From the NCBI GenBank assembly GCA_000990585.1, contig LBQD01000002.1, positions 56,016 through 120,015 on the forward strand: a stretch of 64,000 nt of DNA, given 5' to 3'. A model generated the notes under the pieces. That model was not told the origin of the DNA. It was given only the letters and a program-made list of their open reading frames with translations, and did no database searches. Positions 59,402-64,000 of the stretch are shown here, piece after piece (position 1 is the first letter of the stretch; each line of letters begins with the position of its first letter). The position numbers were made by a program, and so were the translations under genes. The stretch comes from Candidatus Moranbacteria bacterium GW2011_GWE2_35_2-. GTDB taxonomy: Bacteria > Patescibacteriota > Minisyncoccia > Moranbacterales > UBA9337.

Positions 59402-60241
59402 TTGAGTATGATTGAGAATGCGAAAAAAATATTTGGTAAAGTTAAGGGCGCGGCGTTTGCCGACCCTTATGTTTTATATAAAAAAGAAAAACATCTTTTG
59501 AATCAGCCATTTTTTTTTCAAGGAAACAACGGTAAATCGATACTGTTGATTCATGGATGGACGACCACGCCGTATGAGTTGCGTCGGCTGGGAACATATT
59601 TGAATAAAAACGGATATACGGTTTATGCGCCGATGCTTTCCGGGCATGGAACAACTTCAAATGATTTGGAAGATGTGAGGTGGACGGACTGGGTTTATGA
59701 TGTTGAAATAGCTTATGAAAAACTTGCCAAAGAAAATGAAAAAGTTTTTGTAGTGGGAACTTCGATTGGGGCGAGCCTGGCTTTGATTTTAGCAAAAAAA
59801 CATCCGGAATTGTCTGGTATTGTTTTGATGGCGACTCCGTATAAATTGCGTTTGGAAAAAATAGTGGAATTTTTCATAACAATCGAAAGTAAATTTAGAA
59901 AATATCGAAAAAAGTTTTATCCGCCAACTTTTGGAAAAAGAGAAACGATTACGCGCTTAATTTCCTATCAAACCTATCCGATTAAAAATGTACTGGAGGC
60001 AGCGGAGGTTGTGCGGGAGGCAAGAAGAAATTTGAATTTGGTGAAGCAACCATGCTTATTGATGCAATCGACCAGTGATCATATTGTTTGCCGCAAAAGT
60101 ATGGAAAAAATTTACATTCAAATCAGTTCAAAGATAAAAGATATGAAATATATCAAAAGAGCTTATCATACTTTTATTTCCGATATCAAAAATGAGTATG
60201 TTTTTGATGATATTTTGGATTTTTTAAACCGATGCACATAG
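59402..60241 (+). CDS. Alpha/beta hydrolase (carboxylesterase/monoacylglycerol lipase-like)
   Basis: LLIHGW, LSGHG, nucleophile GTSIG, D (STSDH) and H (AYH). Confidence 0.85.
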   Translation: MSMIENAKKIFGKVKGAAFADPYVLYKKEKHLLNQPFFFQGNNGKSILLIHGWTTTPYELRRLGTYLNKNGYTVYAPMLSGHGTTSNDLEDVRWTDWVYDVEIAYEKLAKENEKVFVVGTSIGASLALILAKKHPELSGIVLMATPYKLRLEKIVEFFITIESKFRKYRKKFYPPTFGKRETITRLISYQTYPIKNVLEAAEVVREARRNLNLVKQPCLLMQSTSDHIVCRKSMEKIYIQISSKIKDMKYIKRAYHTFISDIKNEYVFDDILDFLNRCT

Positions 60242-61383
60242 CGATTTTTACCAACAATTATCTTCCCAATCCGTATGGCGTTTCGGGTTCAATTGAAAGT
60301 TTCCGCAAGGAATTTGAGAAGATGGGGCACACGGTATATATTTTTGCTCCCGCCTGGAAAGGATATGAGGATGAAAATCCGAACGTTTTTCGTTATCCTT
60401 CTTTGGATATTGCCATAAAATTTCGTTTTCCACTTCCGATTCCATATTCCCACAAGATGGACAAAATCATTGCGGAATTGGATTTGGACATTATCCACTG
60501 CCAGCATCCCAATCTTCTTGGATTGGCGGCGAGCAAATGGGCGCGTAAAAAAAATATTCCTTTGATTTTCACTTGGCATACTTTGTATGATCAATACACA
60601 AATTTCGTTCCTTTTGTGCCAAAGAAAATGGCGGCAGATTGGATAATCAAAAAAGCGGCAAAATATGCCAATCAGGCGGATGCGGTGGTTGTTCCTACTC
60701 TTTCAGTGAAAAATATTATTCAAAAATGGGGAGTGTCCAACGAAAATATCGTTGCGATTTCAACCGGGGTGGATGAAAAGGATTTTGAAGGTGCCGATGG
60801 AGAGAGTATTCGAAAAAAATACAATATTAGCGAGGATGAAATTTTACTGCTTTTGGTTTCTCGATTAACGGAAGAAAAGAATATGCAATTTTTGTTCGAA
60901 GCGATGTTTGATGTTTTGAAAAAAAAGAGTAATGCGAAGTTTTTGATTGCCGGAGGCGGGTATTTGCAAAAAGTTTTGGAAGAAAAAAGCAAAGATGAAA
61001 AATTGGACAGCAGAATATTTTTTTCCGGAGAAGTCGGTCGCGATCAAGTGAAGAATTTTTATGCCGGAGCGGATATTTTTGTCTATGCTTCTAAAAGCGA
61101 AACGCAGGGGATGATTATTTCCGAGGCGATGTATTCCGGGCTTCCGGTGGTGGCGGTAAACGCGACGGGTATTTGCGATTTGGTTATTGATGGAAAAACC
61201 GGATACTTGGTAGCTGAAAATAAAAAAGAATTCAGTGATGCGGTTTTTGATTTGGCTGGCGATGAAAATAAAAGAAAATTGTTTGGTGAAAATTCCAAAA
61301 AAGTAGCTATGGAAAATTACACTTCAAAAGTTTGCGCAAAAAAAATGATTGAGTTGTATGAAAGGATAAAGACAAAAAAATAA
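60232..61383 (+). CDS. GT4 glycosyltransferase (diacylglycerol glycosyltransferase-like)
   Basis: IAIFTNNYLP..GV, FTWHTLY, SKSETQGMIISEAM. Confidence 0.85.
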   Translation: MHIAIFTNNYLPNPYGVSGSIESFRKEFEKMGHTVYIFAPAWKGYEDENPNVFRYPSLDIAIKFRFPLPIPYSHKMDKIIAELDLDIIHCQHPNLLGLAASKWARKKNIPLIFTWHTLYDQYTNFVPFVPKKMAADWIIKKAAKYANQADAVVVPTLSVKNIIQKWGVSNENIVAISTGVDEKDFEGADGESIRKKYNISEDEILLLLVSRLTEEKNMQFLFEAMFDVLKKKSNAKFLIAGGGYLQKVLEEKSKDEKLDSRIFFSGEVGRDQVKNFYAGADIFVYASKSETQGMIISEAMYSGLPVVAVNATGICDLVIDGKTGYLVAENKKEFSDAVFDLAGDENKRKLFGENSKKVAMENYTSKVCAKKMIELYERIKTKK

Positions 61384-61410
61384 TAAAATATTTTTTCTTT
61401 ATAATCTCTC

Positions 61411-61438
61411 TGTCATTTCCGCGAAGGCGGGAATCTAG
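61411..61438. repeat. dRS3/REP-like palindrome
   Basis: TGTCATTTCCGCGAAGGCGGGAATCTAG resembles the GTCATTCCCGCG-N-GCGGGAATC repeat family. Confidence 0.55.
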
Positions 61439-61528
61439 AAAATTTCTAATAAAAAAAAGCGCCCCGTCACTTTATTTCGATGCGCTGTCGAATAAGATCA
61501 GGGGCTAGGGGCGGGGGAGGAGTTATGT

Positions 61529-61702
61529 TTAATGAGTTGTTTTTTCCAAAAATTTTTTAAAAGTATTTCCAACGGTACCGTCGGAAAACTTTATTTTTAC
61601 CCTTTTTTCCCCTTGGCAGTTGCCAAGGGTATCGAGTATGATAACAACCTCTCCATGAAGGTTATCATTTGGATGTTCTTCAGAAATTTCATATTTTTTC
61701 AT
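61529..61702 (-). CDS. Small hypothetical protein (57 aa), below the ORF-track cutoff
   Basis: MKKYEISEEHPNDNLHGEVVIILDTLGNCQGEKRVKIKFSDGTVGNTFKKFLEKTTH; SD GGGGAG; boxA-like AGTTTTTGAAAA; TTGACA upstream. Confidence 0.55.
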   Translation of the reverse strand: MKKYEISEEHPNDNLHGEVVIILDTLGNCQGEKRVKIKFSDGTVGNTFKKFLEKTTH

Positions 61703-61797
61703 ATTTTTTTTCTCCCCATCTTTTATGGTATTTTCAAAAAACTCCCTCCGTTCCCATATGCCGATTTTTACTCAGAATTTGATTTTTGTCAAGGATT

Positions 61798-63951
61798 TTA
61801 TTCTAAATGCACGTTTTGTTTGAATTTTTTCAGTTCTTTTTGCAGGAGTGGATGGTTTTCCAACTTGGGATCATTTTTGAGTAGATTGAGCGCTTCTTGG
61901 CGGGAAATTTCGATTAGTTTGATATTACCCAGGTTTTCCATTGTAATATCGGGCAATCCCGATTGGCGCGAGCCCAGAAATTCTCCCGGACCGCGAAGTT
62001 TCAAATCCTTTTCCGCGATATCAAATCCGCTGGAATATTTTTCCATAGTTTTCAATCTGGCATTAGATGACGCGCCGAAAAGAAAACAATATGATTGAAA
62101 ATCTCCGCGTCCCACGCGTCCGCGAAATTGGTGAAGCTGAGAGAGTCCGAAGCGGTCGGCATCCTCGATAATCATAATCGTGGCATTGGGAATGTCGACT
62201 CCAACTTCGACAACGGAAGTGGAAACCAAAATATTATATTCTTTATTCTTGAAAGCTTGCATTGTTTCTTCTTTTTCTTTTGATTTCAATCTTCCGTGGA
62301 GCAGGCCCAATTTCAAATCGGGAAATATTTTTTCCGATAATCTTTGGTGTTCGCTCACGGCCGCTTTGACTTCGCTCATGGCTTTGGACTGCTCCACGAG
62401 CGGTAAAATGACAAAAACTTGTCGACCTTGTTGAATTTGATCGCGAACAAAGTCATATATCTTTTTTCTTTCAATCGGCGCGACAACTTTTGTGATGATT
62501 TCTTTTCTGTTTTTCGGCATTTCGTCCAAAAGGGAAATATCCAAGTTGCCAAAAAATGCCATCGTCAAGGTTCTGGGTATCGGAGTGGCGGTCATAGTTA
62601 ACAGATGAGGTATTTTGTTCTTTACTCCATCAGATATTTCAGTTGTTTGCTGTTGGAGAAAAGCGCGCTGTCCGACACCGAACCGATGCTGTTCATCGAC
62701 AATAACCAACGCCAGTTTTCCAAACCGCACATCTTTTTGAATCAAAGCGTGAGTACCTATTACTATACTCATCTTCATTTCTTTTATAAATCGAAGTAAA
62801 TCATCGCGCTTTACTTTTGTAGTATTTCTGGAAAAATTTTCAATTTTCAATTTATAATTTTCAAACAATTTTAAATTTTTAATGTCTGAATTTTTATTAT
62901 GCGATATTAGTTGATAAGAGTTTGTTAATAGAGAAATATTTATATTATAGTCTTTAAATATTTTGCAAAAACTTTCAAAATGTTGGAGGGCGAGAACTTC
63001 GGTGGGTGCCATAATGGCGACTTGATGACCGAAAGAAGCGACCTTGAGAGCGGCAATGGCGGCGACAATGGTTTTTCCGCTTCCCACATCTCCATTGAGC
63101 AAGCGATTCATTGGGTGGGATTTTTCCAGATCGGACAGGATTTGCTTTGTTGCTTTTTTTTGCGCGCCGGTAAGTTCAAACGGCAATCCCTTGATGAATT
63201 CATCAGTTATATTTTCTTTATCTTTGATCGCAACTGCGCTTTCATTTTCCCACTGCGAGCGGATTTGCAATGATTTCAATTGTAGGAGAAACATTTCGGA
63301 AAAGGCGAATCTTTTGCGGGCGATTTTGAAATGGTTTTCGGTTTTTGGGAAATGGGCAAAAATCAAAGATTTTTTCAAGTCGTGCAGATTGAGTTTCTCC
63401 ACGATTTTTTCGGGAAGCGGATCGTCAATCTCAAAATCACTTTGAAAAATATTTCCGATTTGCCAGCGGATCCATTTGGAAGAAATGCCTTCCGTTTCCG
63501 GATAAATTGGAACCAGTCGTCCGGTATGGGTAGCATCGCGCGAAGAAAATTCCCATGCCGGATTGGATATGGACAAACCTTTTTTTCCGAGTATTATTTT
63601 TCCGCTTAGACGTAGCTCCTTGCCTTCTTTCAATGCACTCGCCAAATAGCGCTGATTGAACCATACCGCTTGAATACTTCCGCTGTCATCGGAAATGACC
63701 GTTTCAGTAAGTTGCATTTTTCTTTTGGTCCAGCTTTTTCGGGCATTGACCGAAATAATTTTTCCAATAACAGTAGCTTGTTCTCCGACAACGACTTCGG
63801 AAATTGGAATAACCTTGGAATAATCCTCATAGCGAAAAGGCAAATGAAAAATCAAATCACGCAGAGTAAAAATCCCCAGTCTGTGAAGCGCTTTGATGTG
63901 AGAAACTCGAATCCCGGATATTTCTTCAATTTTTTGTTCCAAATCAACCAT
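61798..63951 (-). CDS. recG: ATP-dependent DNA helicase RecG
   Basis: GDVGSGKT, DEQHRFGV, MTATPIPRT, QLHQFRGRVGR, LRGPGE. Confidence 0.96.
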   Translation of the reverse strand: MVDLEQKIEEISGIRVSHIKALHRLGIFTLRDLIFHLPFRYEDYSKVIPISEVVVGEQATVIGKIISVNARKSWTKRKMQLTETVISDDSGSIQAVWFNQRYLASALKEGKELRLSGKIILGKKGLSISNPAWEFSSRDATHTGRLVPIYPETEGISSKWIRWQIGNIFQSDFEIDDPLPEKIVEKLNLHDLKKSLIFAHFPKTENHFKIARKRFAFSEMFLLQLKSLQIRSQWENESAVAIKDKENITDEFIKGLPFELTGAQKKATKQILSDLEKSHPMNRLLNGDVGSGKTIVAAIAALKVASFGHQVAIMAPTEVLALQHFESFCKIFKDYNINISLLTNSYQLISHNKNSDIKNLKLFENYKLKIENFSRNTTKVKRDDLLRFIKEMKMSIVIGTHALIQKDVRFGKLALVIVDEQHRFGVGQRAFLQQQTTEISDGVKNKIPHLLTMTATPIPRTLTMAFFGNLDISLLDEMPKNRKEIITKVVAPIERKKIYDFVRDQIQQGRQVFVILPLVEQSKAMSEVKAAVSEHQRLSEKIFPDLKLGLLHGRLKSKEKEETMQAFKNKEYNILVSTSVVEVGVDIPNATIMIIEDADRFGLSQLHQFRGRVGRGDFQSYCFLFGASSNARLKTMEKYSSGFDIAEKDLKLRGPGEFLGSRQSGLPDITMENLGNIKLIEISRQEALNLLKNDPKLENHPLLQKELKKFKQNVHLE

Positions 63952-64000
63952 AAATTCAGTATATAGCATTTGGTATTTTGGATAAAGTATTTCCTGATTA

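Overview
AT-rich bacterial chromosome segment (standard code, TGA=stop). Its gene set points to a Patescibacteria/CPR genome, probably Parcubacteria (inference): a VirB6/TrbL-like membrane protein, three TrmB paralogs, a stand-alone PaaX/Cas2-like gene, AAA_14-DUF4143, a type IV pilus operon and VanW. The left end looks origin-proximal, with a DnaA-box cluster (~1400-1635) and five perfect parS palindromes (7014-7713). Core genes: xerC-like recombinase, pcrA, cca, recQ, rpsO, gyrA, trpS, PMM/PGM, ychF, pilB/C/M/N/O, valS, tsaD, recG and nine intact tRNAs. The most unusual signals are non-coding. (1) A ~30-bp double-hairpin element (TC..GA-CCA..TGG) and related hairpins sit at exact positions inside duplicated fragments of tRNA-Lys, -Glu, -His and -Leu, always next to an intact tRNA. 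(2) Heptamer tracts bracket a four-helix-bundle gene as inverted repeats and recur in-frame inside pcrA, cca, valS, tsaD and recG. (3) Accessory modules are delimited by duplicated gene ends (an nfo-like 3' tail twice; the recQ 5' end around an AbiE TA pair). (4) Orphan ORFs share a promoter/boxA-like/strong-SD grammar and are often divergent from TrmB/Lrp regulators. (5) One gene looks like a remote DGR target. No database searches were run; family calls come from recognised motifs.
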